Below, piece after piece: positions 9,592 to 19,140 of a stretch of DNA of 64,000 bases; the first letter of the stretch is position 1, and each line of letters begins with the position of its first letter. The notes beneath the pieces were generated by a model, which was given only the letters and a program-made list of their open reading frames with translations, was not told the origin of the DNA and made no database searches. Position numbers and translations under genes: made by a program. The DNA is taken from positions 68,886 to 132,885 of the IMG/VR virus record IMGVR_UViG_2974778606_000001, one strand, 5' to 3'. Origin of the DNA: a virus. Lineage: Duplodnaviria > Caudoviricetes.

Positions 9592-9677
9592 GTCATGTAG
9601 AGTAAAACGTAGATGGTCGGCAAGCAGGTAAGAGAGGAACACAGGAGCTTGAGCGACAACCCCTCCACCATCACCTT

Positions 9678-9753
9678 GCCTCTGTAGTATAGTCTGGTCT
9701 AATGCACCTGATTGTCAATCAGGAAATCGCCGGTTCAAATCCGGTCAGGGGCG
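9678..9753 (+). tRNA. tRNA-Asp(GTC)
   Basis: CCTGA-TTGTCAA-TCAGG. Confidence 0.9.
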
Positions 9754-10373
9754 CATATGAAATGGGATATAGAGCTGGTATTGGAGCATCAACCGACAGG
9801 GTTTGCTCGACAGATAATGATGATAGGTCATCCAGCAGAATCCATGTTTGATATAGTAAGAACCCTGATAGAAAACTCAGCAGAACTAGCTGACGATGTC
9901 AGGGTCACTCACCTTGAAATAAGGGAGAATAATGGCAGCGATTCGATACTGCCCTAACTGCTTCAAGAATGTTCTCACACAGCCCTTGAAGCAGAGTTGC
10001 AGTGAGTGTGGACGAAAGCACACACTTCCTGTTGACAGAAGTCTTCCAATTCCGGAAGATAGAGGTAAGCACGATAGGTTTGTTGACTACCGAGAATACC
10101 GTGAGGATTAATGGCTGACAAGCAGTGGCTCGTAAAGGGTCATTACACCAAGGACGGAAAGCGAAAGCCTTTCGATAACGTTTATTCCGCTTCAAATAAG
10201 TCCGGTGCTGAACGGGCTGCCAAGGCTGACTATGATAGTTATGTCAATGGTGGATATGAGAAGGGGACCTTTGGCAAGCTCAATGTAACCCAGGTTAGTG
10301 AATGGACTGAGAAGGACCGCAAGGCTTTTCTCAAGTCTAAGGGTATTAAGTGAAGAAGGCCCGGAAGGGCTGA

Positions 10374-10444
10374 CCCGGCATAGTGTAGTGGAAACACGAT
10401 ACATTGTCAGTGTATTATCGAGGGTTCAATTCCCTCTGCCGGGA
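10374..10444 (+). tRNA. tRNA-Asp(GTC), atypical A73
   Basis: ATACA-TTGTCAG-TGTAT. Confidence 0.8.
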
Positions 10445-10448
10445 CTTT

Positions 10449-10558
10449 GCGGGTCGAAAGAGTAATCGGTTATCTTCCCAATTGAAATGAGAAACGGCAG
10501 GTTCGAATCCTGCAAGGGCCAAGGAACGGCCAACTCCGATTCTCACCAATATATCCGC
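10449..10558 (+). ncRNA. Y RNA-like ncRNA 3 (YrlA-like, contains T arm)
   Basis: GCGGGTCGAAAGAG..CGGTTATCT; GCAGG-TTCGAAT-CCTGC; 3' CTCCGATTCTCA..ATCCGC; about 770 nt upstream of Ro60. Confidence 0.8.
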
Positions 10559-10564
10559 TACAGT

Positions 10565-10888
10565 ATGAATACTGAAGAAAGAATTGCAAAGTTCAAGGAA
10601 CTCTGGAAGGAACATACATATTTCGAGGATGCCATGGGCTGGCTCGAAGATGAAATTCCAGAAGGAGAATTCAAGCCTAAGTGGGTTACCACTGTTGAAG
10701 AGGATGAGTCTCGCTGGATGATTCACACCCTTGAGGTGATGGAGATTGACGAAGGCGTATACGTTGGTGTACGCTGGGAGCGAGGCAAGACAGAGATGCA
10801 GGAAAACCTGTACGAAGACGACGATGTCTACCTTCTTGACAAGAAGATTGTTGAGAGAGTAGAGTGGGAGACTAAGAAGAGGCTATGA
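10565..10888 (+). CDS. Hypothetical acidic protein
   Basis: ORF after Y RNA 3; overlaps next gene (ATGA). Confidence 0.65.
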   Translation: MNTEERIAKFKELWKEHTYFEDAMGWLEDEIPEGEFKPKWVTTVEEDESRWMIHTLEVMEIDEGVYVGVRWERGKTEMQENLYEDDDVYLLDKKIVERVEWETKKRL

Positions 10889-11307
10889 AGAACTGGCTTG
10901 GACATGATATTGTCGTAGGCGCAGTTGTCTTTCGCGGTGGAAGGCAGGGAGACAGTTCCTCCTTCCGCGTCGGCGAAGTCGATGCAATCGACGAGACAAA
11001 GCGCACGGCTCGTGTAATCTGGCATTGGGTTCCTTGTCAACGGCCGGTGTGGGATAGTGACCAATATGAGTATTGGCATCAGGACGACAATCGGTATTAC
11101 GTAGAGGGCCCAAGTGAGGCCCATACCCAGAAAACTCGATATAACATCAACGACCTTGTTCGTCTTGATGATGAAACTCTTGAGCGCCTGAATAAGCGTC
11201 ATAAGCTTATCAAGGCAGCCATTCACTACAAGATTCGCAAGGAAGACTTTGCTCAGTTTGAGCACGATTTTGAAATGGGACTAATTCCCGAATACTCTAT
11301 GCCTTAG
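10885..11307 (+). CDS. Hypothetical protein
   Basis: 140-aa ORF in operon context. Confidence 0.65.
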   Translation: MKNWLGHDIVVGAVVFRGGRQGDSSSFRVGEVDAIDETKRTARVIWHWVPCQRPVWDSDQYEYWHQDDNRYYVEGPSEAHTQKTRYNINDLVRLDDETLERLNKRHKLIKAAIHYKIRKEDFAQFEHDFEMGLIPEYSMP

Positions 11308-11325
11308 AAAGGGCCGGTAAGAAAA

Positions 11326-12972
11326 ATGTCAAACGCACTTAATAACGCTGCCAAGAGTCTTAACAAGACTGCACAGACTCAGCGTGCTCGCAAGGACCAG
11401 GTCAAGAACAACGCTGGTGGATTCGTCTTCCAGGTTTCTGACCAGGCCAGGCTTGAGCGATTTCTGATTCTGGGTGTTGATGGTGGCACCTATTACGTAT
11501 CTGAAGTTGACCACGCAAAGCATAACGTCGACTTCCTCAATGAGATGATTGAGCGAGACGAATCCTCTGTACTTAACACCATTGTGGACGTGTCTGTCAA
11601 TGGTCGTGCGTACAAGCAGTCTCCTGCTCTGTTCGCTCTAGCCTCTGTTATTGCCCATGGCAAGGACAAGCAGGCGGTCAAGGCAGTATTCAATCGTGTC
11701 GTTCGTACAGGTACTCACCTGTATGAGTTGATGAACTACCTTACTTCACTCAATGTGGGTTGGGGTCGTTCAAAGCGAGAGATTGTTGCTTCTTGGTTTG
11801 ACCGAGATGCTGACAAGCTGGCTTACCAGGCGGTCAAGTACCGTTCTCGTAAGTTTGGCGAGCAGACTTGGACGCTCCGAGATGTAATGCGTCTTTCCCA
11901 CCCACGAGATGTGAACACGTCTGTTGCAGACTTTGTTCTGGGCAAGCCTCATGACGCTATAGATGACCTTCGGGTTATCGAGGGCTTCAAGAAGATGCAG
12001 AAGGCTCAGTCAGTGGACGATGTTCACAGCGTTCTCCGTGAGTACGAGATGCTTTCATGGGAGGCAATCCCAACTCAGTTCCTCAAGGATGTGAGTGTAT
12101 GGAAGCGAATCTTCGCTAACGGACAGCTTCGTGGCCAGGCTCTAGTCCGAAACATTACTCGCCTCGCGCGAATTGGTGCTTTCCAGGACATGCGCTTTGC
12201 TGCTGCTTATGCAGGACAGCTCACGAATCAGGAGATGATTGTACAGACTCGTCTGCACCCAATCAACTTCCTGAACGCGACTGTTGTGTATAATGAAGGC
12301 CAGATGAAGACCGTAAGGGACCGATTTGGCTGGGAGCGTGAGGAGCGTGTCAAGGACTGGACGACTGAGAGTGTTATCGTAGATGCCCTCAATGAGGGAT
12401 TCCACAAGGCATTCAAGGCTGTCGAGCCTGCTGGTAAGCGAACGATGCTAGCCATCGATGTTTCAGGTTCTATGAGTGCAAAGGCTAATGGTCTCGACCT
12501 TAGCTGTGCTCAGGTATCTGCTGCAATGGCAATGACCATCGCTCGTACCGAGCCTGCTCACATCATCCGTGGCTTCACGTGTGACGGTTACAGCTATAGG
12601 AACAGTGGTCTTACTGACCTGGGTATTTCTGCCAGGACCGACCTTGCTACGGCAATGCGTAAGGTTCAGCGAAGTAACTTTGGTGGCACAGACTGTTCTC
12701 TTCCTATGGTCTGGGCAAAGCAGAATGATGTAGAGGTTGACACATTCGTCGTTATCACTGATAACGAGACGTATGCTGGCAACATTCACCCATTCCAAGC
12801 GCTGAAGGACTACCGTAAGGCAACTGGTATTGACGCAAGGCTCGCTGTTCTAGGAGTCGCATCAACTCCATTCACCATTGCGGACCCATCAGACGCAGGC
12901 ATGATGGACTTCGTAGGATTTGACAGCAATGCGCCTCGTGTGCTGGCTGACTTCTCCGCAGGTCGCATCTGA
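11326..12972 (+). CDS. Ro60/Rsr RNA-binding protein (TROVE + vWA)
   Basis: QVKNNAGGFVF, LERFLILG..GGTYY, GWGR, LAYQAVKY..R, D..RLSHP, DVSGSM, GGTDCSLPM, TDNET. Confidence 0.95.
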   Translation: MSNALNNAAKSLNKTAQTQRARKDQVKNNAGGFVFQVSDQARLERFLILGVDGGTYYVSEVDHAKHNVDFLNEMIERDESSVLNTIVDVSVNGRAYKQSPALFALASVIAHGKDKQAVKAVFNRVVRTGTHLYELMNYLTSLNVGWGRSKREIVASWFDRDADKLAYQAVKYRSRKFGEQTWTLRDVMRLSHPRDVNTSVADFVLGKPHDAIDDLRVIEGFKKMQKAQSVDDVHSVLREYEMLSWEAIPTQFLKDVSVWKRIFANGQLRGQALVRNITRLARIGAFQDMRFAAAYAGQLTNQEMIVQTRLHPINFLNATVVYNEGQMKTVRDRFGWEREERVKDWTTESVIVDALNEGFHKAFKAVEPAGKRTMLAIDVSGSMSAKANGLDLSCAQVSAAMAMTIARTEPAHIIRGFTCDGYSYRNSGLTDLGISARTDLATAMRKVQRSNFGGTDCSLPMVWAKQNDVEVDTFVVITDNETYAGNIHPFQALKDYRKATGIDARLAVLGVASTPFTIADPSDAGMMDFVGFDSNAPRVLADFSAGRI

Positions 12973-12975
12973 GCG

Positions 12976-13000
12976 AATCCCCTCTTCGGAGGGGATTTTT
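12976..13000 (+). terminator. Intrinsic terminator
   Basis: AATCCCCTC-TTCG-GAGGGGATT followed by a T run. Confidence 0.85.
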
Positions 13001-13187
13001 GCTATACTGGATAGATGATAAGCAAAGAAGAAAGAAAAGAACTAAAGCTCGCAAGGTCAAAGGCAGAACTAGTAAGAACTGTGACTAGCATCTTCCAGAT
13101 GATTATTGCTTCTGCGACTCTCATCATCCTGGTCTACGTCAACTTCATGCGTTGACAGGCTGCGCGTCGTGGTGTAGAGTCTTACTC

Positions 13188-13574
13188 ATGGGAACGAAGA
13201 TTTCTATCCAAGAGCTGTACGAGCGTGACAAGGGAATCTGTGGACTCTGTGGTAAGCGCGTGACGCGCAAGCAGCTCCTTGCAGGACTTGCTAATCGAGA
13301 CCACATTGTTCCGGCCTCTAAGGGAGGAACTAATCGAGCTGATAACCTGCGCCTGACTCACTACGGCTGCAACATTCGTCGTGGCAATGGTGAGGACAAT
13401 GGTGAAAAGGGCCGCTTGGTCATCGAGAACAAGCGCAGGGAAATTTTCGAAAAGCAGGATGGCTTGTGCTACCATTGCACCAATCCAATCTCTGACGACA
13501 AGGAAACGGTCGCTCTGATTCGTGGAAGCTACCTCGCCCATCGGGAATGTATTCGTCGTGATAGGCAGAAGTAG
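13188..13574 (+). CDS. HNH endonuclease, probably leaderless
   Basis: CGLCG..DHIVP.SKGG.N...NL...H..CN; ATG 7 nt after the TAGAGT -10 box. Confidence 0.8.
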   Translation: MGTKISIQELYERDKGICGLCGKRVTRKQLLAGLANRDHIVPASKGGTNRADNLRLTHYGCNIRRGNGEDNGEKGRLVIENKRREIFEKQDGLCYHCTNPISDDKETVALIRGSYLAHRECIRRDRQK

Positions 13575-13964
13575 TGGATAAGAACGAACCAGGCGTATCA
13601 ATCCTCAGTCTATTGAGGATGCTCAAGCGCGCAAAGAAAATTCGGCCGGTAGTGGAAATGTCTACCTGTGGCCATTGTAAGACACAGTACGATATCCATA
13701 AGGGACATATGTGCCCTTACATCAGAGAACTCTATAAGAACATGGAGAATTCATGAGTGGCTACGAGACTCGTTACTACACCTTCAAGGGAAGTAACAAG
13801 CTGGCTGATGAGATTGCCTATCTTGCAGTCAAGAATCATTGTCGGGTTGCCAACCGTACGTGCACTGGCATTTTCAACAAGGAGCATCGCTTTGAGGTTT
13901 TTGGTGATGTCAGCGGCATGAACCGATTTGAAGTTGAAATGGCTGACGCTAAGCGGAGGCTTTC

Positions 13965-14348
13965 TTGAGCAACAGTTTTTACCATGCTCGCAGCTCTGCC
14001 CGGAAGTGGGGAGGTGAGCCAGAGGACTATATCGCCATTCATGAATGGATTGATGCATCCAAGGCTCATTTCGGAGACGCCCGGCACAGAGCATTGCGTC
14101 ATCACACAGAAGGATGCTGGGAGGCCGAACGAGTATTTGGCCTCACCATCACAGTAAAGAAGAGAAGGTCTGGCGTAGAAGTGCGTGTACCTGTTCGTGA
14201 AATTGCTGAACAGCACGTCTTTGAAGACCTGGGCTACATTCCAAGCCTTGCTGACTGGTTGAAAAACATGCAGCTAAAGGAATGGATGGGCGGCAAGGTA
14301 AAGACTGTCGTCTCGCGTTCTGATGTATTGAAGGGAAACAATGACTAA
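13965..14348 (+). CDS. DUF6915-like protein
   Basis: HARSSARKWGG.PEDY..IH.W.D.SK..RHRALRHH. Confidence 0.65.
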   Translation: MSNSFYHARSSARKWGGEPEDYIAIHEWIDASKAHFGDARHRALRHHTEGCWEAERVFGLTITVKKRRSGVEVRVPVREIAEQHVFEDLGYIPSLADWLKNMQLKEWMGGKVKTVVSRSDVLKGNND

Positions 14349-14847
14349 TCTATATGGCCGTAATCTTCGTGGCGAGCCACAGGACAATGATTCATGGCCG
14401 GAACAGGATGACACGAAGGTATTGATTGATGCAATCGATGCTTTGCTTGACCTGGACCATGTGAAGGCAGTAAGCTGGACCCAGCACACACCAAGCTTCA
14501 ACGATGGAGAGCCTTGCCGATTTGGCGTAGGAACTGTGTCTGTTAGCCTTGAGGGTGTTCAGCGCGAAGAAGACAGTGACTGGTATGACGATGAGCACGG
14601 ATACTTCCTGTCTGAGTACGACCTGTACAGCTACAAGGACAATGAAGACGGAAGCACCAATTGGGATGAAAAGGTGTGGGAAGTCTCTGGGGTGCCAACG
14701 AAGGAAATCTATGATAAGCTCAACGAGCTAGAGAAGATTCTCGACAATGGCGCTCACTATGCGTGGCTCATGACCTCTTTCGGAGACCCGGCAGAAGTAG
14801 TGGCTACAGAAGAAGACTTCATTGTCGAAAGATATGAAGGCGAGTAA
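14341..14847 (+). CDS. Hypothetical acidic protein
   Basis: WTQHTPSFNDGEPC; overlaps the upstream gene. Confidence 0.7.
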   Translation: MTNLYGRNLRGEPQDNDSWPEQDDTKVLIDAIDALLDLDHVKAVSWTQHTPSFNDGEPCRFGVGTVSVSLEGVQREEDSDWYDDEHGYFLSEYDLYSYKDNEDGSTNWDEKVWEVSGVPTKEIYDKLNELEKILDNGAHYAWLMTSFGDPAEVVATEEDFIVERYEGE

Positions 14848-15476
14848 GGAGCAACATGTCTTTGGAGCATATTGATGCAGAAGGAGTCCTTGACCTTATT
14901 TCAGGTACCATTGATGGTGGCTGGAATGATGGAATCAATGCTTTCGTTGGTGCATCAAATGATGGTGAATTCCTGAACGTCGAAGTTGAGGACGAGCACG
15001 GGAACAAGAAGACCTTCACTCTGACGATTGAAGAAAGCTGACAATTCATAACATCATCTATAGTACAATGTGACTATAAGGAGGTGTTATACATTGGCAT
15101 ACATCGAAATCAATAGCTTTCATTTCGATACCGAAACTGGAAACATCATTGTTCAGTTTTCTCGTCCAGTAAATGTTTCATATGAGCACGACGAAATGGC
15201 TTCTGCCTATGAAGTGCTCGAAGGAGAGCTATTCCTTGACGCTAACAGTACTGTGATTGGAAACTGGTGGCCAGCGTCCCTTGACGGAAACATCGAGCAG
15301 GGGTACTCTGGAAGACAGCAGGGAGAGACCAGGAACGTCATTCCTGAAACCCCACTGCATGATGTTCCAACTTCTGACCAAGTCCCTCAGCCTGAAGAGT
15401 GACTTGACAGGCCAAGCAAGACACGTTAGACTAGTAACACAGCGCAGGACGGAGCGCAGCAACTAAATCCGTTCAT

Positions 15477-15547
15477 GCCCCTATAGTCTAAGGGTAGGAT
15501 ACAAGATTCTCAATCTTGTGGTCGGAGTTCAACTCTCCGTAGGGGTA
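15477..15547 (+). tRNA. tRNA-Glu(CTC)
   Basis: CAAGA-TTCTCAA-TCTTG. Confidence 0.9.
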
Positions 15548-15548
15548 C

Positions 15549-15809
15549 GTGGCACCACCAAAGATACCAACTCAAATAGAAGCGAAATTAGTAGTGGCTA
15601 TACTCTGTGGAGTGATTGGCTCACTACTAGCAAGCTTTCTCATGATGGGTTGTATCGCAGAGACAAATGAAACTAGCAAGATGAAGGCATGTGTCTCTAA
15701 GGGTTATGAGTGGGTAGCAGCGCCCGGTGGTCCTGAGTGCAAGAAGCCGGTTGACATAGTGTTTCAACCAAGCTACGATAGTAACAACGAAACAGACAAG
15801 CCCCGTTAG
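15549..15809 (+). CDS. Small membrane protein starting 2 nt after tRNA-Glu
   Basis: TM helix; GTG start. Confidence 0.6.
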   Translation: MAPPKIPTQIEAKLVVAILCGVIGSLLASFLMMGCIAETNETSKMKACVSKGYEWVAAPGGPECKKPVDIVFQPSYDSNNETDKPR

Positions 15810-15874
15810 TCTAGCGGCCTAGGATTCCAGACTTTCAATCTGCGAGAACGTCGGTTCGAATCCGACACGGGGTA
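15800..15874 (+). tRNA. tRNA-Glu(TTC)
   Basis: CAGA-CTTTCAA-TCTG. Confidence 0.85.
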
Positions 15875-15950
15875 CGTACAAAGTGGTCCTGTCTGATGCG
15901 CAGGTTAAATACTATCAAGACGTTACTAGTGCGTCTGAAAGTGCCATTAT

Positions 15951-16023
15951 GCGGGTGTCGTCTAGCGGCTAAGGCCCCATCCTTACAAGATGGTCATCGG
16001 AGGTTCGAGTCCTCTCACCCGTA
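15951..16023 (+). tRNA. tRNA-Val(TAC)
   Basis: CCATC-CTTACAA-GATGG. Confidence 0.9.
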
Positions 16024-16110
16024 CGAGTCCCCGTCAGAGGCTAGAGGATGACGACCTACATTCTGACAGCAGTTGGGCACACCATAGTTAGGATAGCCAC
16101 GAACTGCATT

Positions 16111-16187
16111 GGGTTTGATTGGTATGACGTTAGTGAAAGCCGACAATGGACCGCTAACCGCAGAGGGTTCGAATCCCTCCAAATCCA
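16111..16187 (+). ncRNA. tRNA-like RNA resembling the tmRNA tRNA-like domain
   Basis: GGGTTTG/CAAATCC-A acceptor with G3.U70, stemless D loop, perfect T arm. Confidence 0.65.
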
Positions 16188-16367
16188 CGTTGGAAGGTGT
16201 TGAGGTGAGAGAAAAGTTGGTCACTCAGTATCTCTGCTCATTGTGTAAGGTCTAACCAACCATCACACCAGGCACGAATCTGGCCCTTCCGTAGACTTGA
16301 TGATAAAGACCCCTAAGCTGATATTCCATATCAGCCGGACACTTGGCGGTGACGCCTTTCATCATAT

Positions 16368-16442
16368 GCTCCCATAGACCAATTGGCAGGAGTCGCACGG
16401 CTTAGACCCGTGAATGTGTCGGTTCGAATCCGACTGGGAGTA
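16368..16442 (+). tRNA. tRNA-Leu(TAG), short variable loop
   Basis: CACGG-CTTAGAC-CCGTG. Confidence 0.85.
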
Positions 16443-16581
16443 CTCCATAACTACAAAGACAAGGATACAGGTGGCAGCCTGCCCCAAGGGTGGAAAGCAC
16501 GATTGGAAGATATGGTCTGGAAAGTATCGCTGTCGTAAGTGTGGTGAAACAAGTAAGATACAGCCTGCTTAGGTTGTTTAT

Positions 16582-16660
16582 GCGTCTGTGGTGGAATGGT
16601 AGACACGCTGGTCTTAGGAACCAGTTCTTCGGAGTGCAGGTTCGAGTCCTGTCAGACGTA
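16582..16660 (+). tRNA. tRNA-Leu(TAG)
   Basis: CTGGT-CTTAGGA-ACCAG, variable arm. Confidence 0.9.
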
Positions 16661-16713
16661 CTTTGACTGTCATCCGGAGTCAGTCAAATGCATATAGGGT
16701 CGCTCCCTATATG

Positions 16714-16841
16714 AGGAACATAGTTTAAATGGGAGAACGGCGAAATGCGCTGTCGAACGGGAGATGCTGCCGAGCTAAAGGTGGGTTCTTTGCTAGTAGA
16801 TAACAGAGTAGTCAGTGTCGGTTCGAATCCGGCTGTTCCGC
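16714..16841 (+). ncRNA. tRNA-like RNA with about 75 nt replacing the anticodon arm
   Basis: GGAACA/TGTTCC acceptor, D arm GTTT/GAAC, T arm GTCGG-TTCGAAT-CCGGC. Confidence 0.65.
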
Positions 16842-16980
16842 TAGCCTGCGACGACGTTTCGATGTAGGTCCCCTAGGGTTTGCGCAGACCCGAAGGGCAT
16901 TCGAGAAAGGTGCCTAGCTAGGTCCGTCTATCAATAGGGTGAGAGTTTTTCGCGGTTTTCCTCATAATTAAACCGTGCTT

Positions 16981-17052
16981 GGTCCTTTAGCTGAGATAGA
17001 TTAGCGATAGCCTGAAAAGCTTTAGAGGTCGGTGCGATACCGTCAGGGACCA
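16981..17052 (+). tRNA. tRNA-Phe(GAA), non-canonical T loop
   Basis: Loop CTGAAAA; T loop TGCGATA. Confidence 0.8.
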
Positions 17053-17182
17053 CAATGAATGGATGACTCATCTGATTTCGAATAGGATGTTGAATCCATG
17101 CAGGAGGCCCGGTATGCTAGCTAGGGTAACGGATGTTGCATGACGGCTTCGGACATCCAAAAACAAACAGGAAACCGTCCCC

Positions 17183-17253
17183 TCCGTAGTGGTGTAACGG
17201 TAACATACCTCCTTGCCAAGGAGGCGTCGCGGGTTCGATTCCCGTCTACGGGA
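17183..17253 (+). tRNA. tRNA-Gly(GCC)
   Basis: CCTCC-TTGCCAA-GGAGG. Confidence 0.9.
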
Positions 17254-17258
17254 CTCTT

Positions 17259-17333
17259 GCCCCAGTATTGGCCCGGCCTTCTAAGCCAGAGGCGCATAAT
17301 GGAAAGATGCAGGTTCGAATCCTGTCTGGGGTG
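17259..17333 (+). tRNA. Atypical tRNA-Arg(TCT) lacking a normal D arm
   Basis: GCCCCAG/CTGGGGT acceptor, GGC-CTTCTAA-GCC, canonical T arm. Confidence 0.6.
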
Positions 17334-18117
17334 CGTGAAGGTGAGAAAAATGGTCGTATATTACGACGGTGTCAGCGAAGAAGAGGAAGACAAGCTTATG
17401 GAAGCTGTAGAAAATATCCTCTGTCCGAATGCTGAAGAAGAGAATCATGAATGCAGAATGCATCTGATGACCTGGCAGACCGTTGACGACTACAACGATG
17501 AATGAAAATGCTCGGTAGAAAAGTCTGGAGAGGCCAGACGTTCGAGGACTCTCCGCTTAAAAACAAAATTTGGAGGCGTCGTGAACGAAGAGACTGGCAG
17601 CGAGAATGGAGTCATGACAGACTTGGTTCTGGCAGGAATTCTTCAGATTGAAGAGATAGAAGAAAATGGTGACATTCTACTATCTCTTGACTGGGAAAAG
17701 CTTTACGAATACGATTCAAACATCTACTACTACCTCAGAGAAGCTGAGCTAAACGGTGAGATGATACAATAGGGACATGAAGACCTATGAAATCGCAGTT
17801 AGCCTGTTGCTGTCAGTAGAAGCTCCTGACAAATCAGACGCACTTGAAGCAGTCAAGGACACGTTTGGTGAAGGTGAAATCTGCGGAATAGATATCAAGG
17901 ACATCGAGGTTGAAGTTGTCGATGAACTTTGATATGCTGTCTAACGTACCAGGTGTTGAGTTCTTCCTTAAGTGCACATTTTGCCCGGAAGAGTCAGACG
18001 GTAACTTGACAGTAGAGCTTGAACCTGGTATGTTTGTACCAATGCCAATCTGTGAAGATTGCTTGGAGCAGCAAGCCAAGAACTTCAATATGATTGAAAG
18101 TCCTGAATAAGGACTAT

Positions 18118-18192
18118 GGGCGGTTAGTGTTAATGGTAGCACGAGTGCTTTGCACGCATTAAGCAGGGGTTCGAATCCCCTACTGTCCACCA
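18118..18192 (+). tRNA. tRNA-Ala(TGC), CCA encoded
   Basis: G3.U70; AGTGC-TTTGCAC-GCATT. Confidence 0.9.
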
Positions 18193-18272
18193 GAACTGGG
18201 TTTGATTCAACAAAGGCTTAGGCTTAGAGGTGTACCACTCGGTTCTTAACTTCCTGCGCAGGGAGGTGCAAA

Positions 18273-18347
18273 ATGACACCAGAAAGAGCATTGGCAATTG
18301 GAATTCTAGCACTAGTGCTACTTGCAATTTTGTTTGCCGTTCTGTAA
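18273..18347 (+). CDS. 24-aa hydrophobic peptide MTPERALAIGILALVLLAILFAVL
   Basis: GGAGG RBS; single TM helix; below the ORF-track size cutoff. Confidence 0.6.
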   Translation: MTPERALAIGILALVLLAILFAVL

Positions 18348-18462
18348 AAATATTGGCTGGCCGATACGAACCCCATCGTATCCTTGCCCGAGGGTTAGGG
18401 ACCAGCATTTATTATGCCCGAGCTAGGTACTTAGGAGTCGGGAGAATGTAACCCTAGCGTAT

Positions 18463-18537
18463 GCTCCAGTCGCACAGTCTGGTAGTGCAACGGACTCTTA
18501 ATCCGTGTGGACGTCGGTTCAAATCCGACCTGGAGTA
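18463..18537 (+). tRNA. tRNA-Lys(CTT)
   Basis: ACGGA-CTCTTAA-TCCGT. Confidence 0.9.
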
Positions 18538-18591
18538 CATAAACCACCCAATCCCTAGTGGATTGGGTTTTTTCATGCTACAATAATTAGT

Positions 18592-19140
18592 ATGACTACA
18601 CCAAAGAAGTACACCCCAAGACCAGGTGACATTGGACTGACCCGAATCGGTGGCCTTACAGGCGTTCTAGTGGGCCTAGGGCAATTCATCTTGAGGGATG
18701 CGAGCAGATACACCCACGTCTTTGTTGTTTTGGACAACGAGGAAGTCATAGAGGCGATGCCAGCTGGAGCAATCATCAGCCCGCTGGACAAGTATGCTGG
18801 AACTACTAAGTATGGAAGTCCACTGGCAGCTTACCTAGACATCAAGTTGACACAGGAGCAGCGAGACGCTATCGTAAGAGAAGCCCGGCAGCTAGAGGGA
18901 GTTCCATATAGCTTCCTTGACTACGTTGCCTTGGCACTAGAACGTGTTGGCTTGCACTGGAAGTGGATTGAGAATAGAGTCACTTCTAGCAAGCATCTAA
19001 TCTGTTCCCAATTGGCCGATGAAGCCTATAAGCGTGCAGGTGTTCATCTGTTCGAAGATGGTAGGCTATCTCAAAAGGTCACTCCTGGGGACTTGACGTA
19101 CGTAGGATTTGACCAGAGGTACGATGAAGAAGTGCTCTGA
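18592..19140 (+). CDS. Permuted papain-like NlpC/P60 (YiiX-like) protein
   Basis: PGDI, YTHV, G.PYS, ICSQL..EAY, TPGDL. Confidence 0.75.
   Translation: MTTPKKYTPRPGDIGLTRIGGLTGVLVGLGQFILRDASRYTHVFVVLDNEEVIEAMPAGAIISPLDKYAGTTKYGSPLAAYLDIKLTQEQRDAIVREARQLEGVPYSFLDYVALALERVGLHWKWIENRVTSSKHLICSQLADEAYKRAGVHLFEDGRLSQKVTPGDLTYVGFDQRYDEEVL

Noticed and set aside
15885-15950. Possible hammerhead ribozyme (CTGATG...GAAA)
   Set aside because: The core reads CTGATGC rather than CTGANGA, and the three stems cannot be formed
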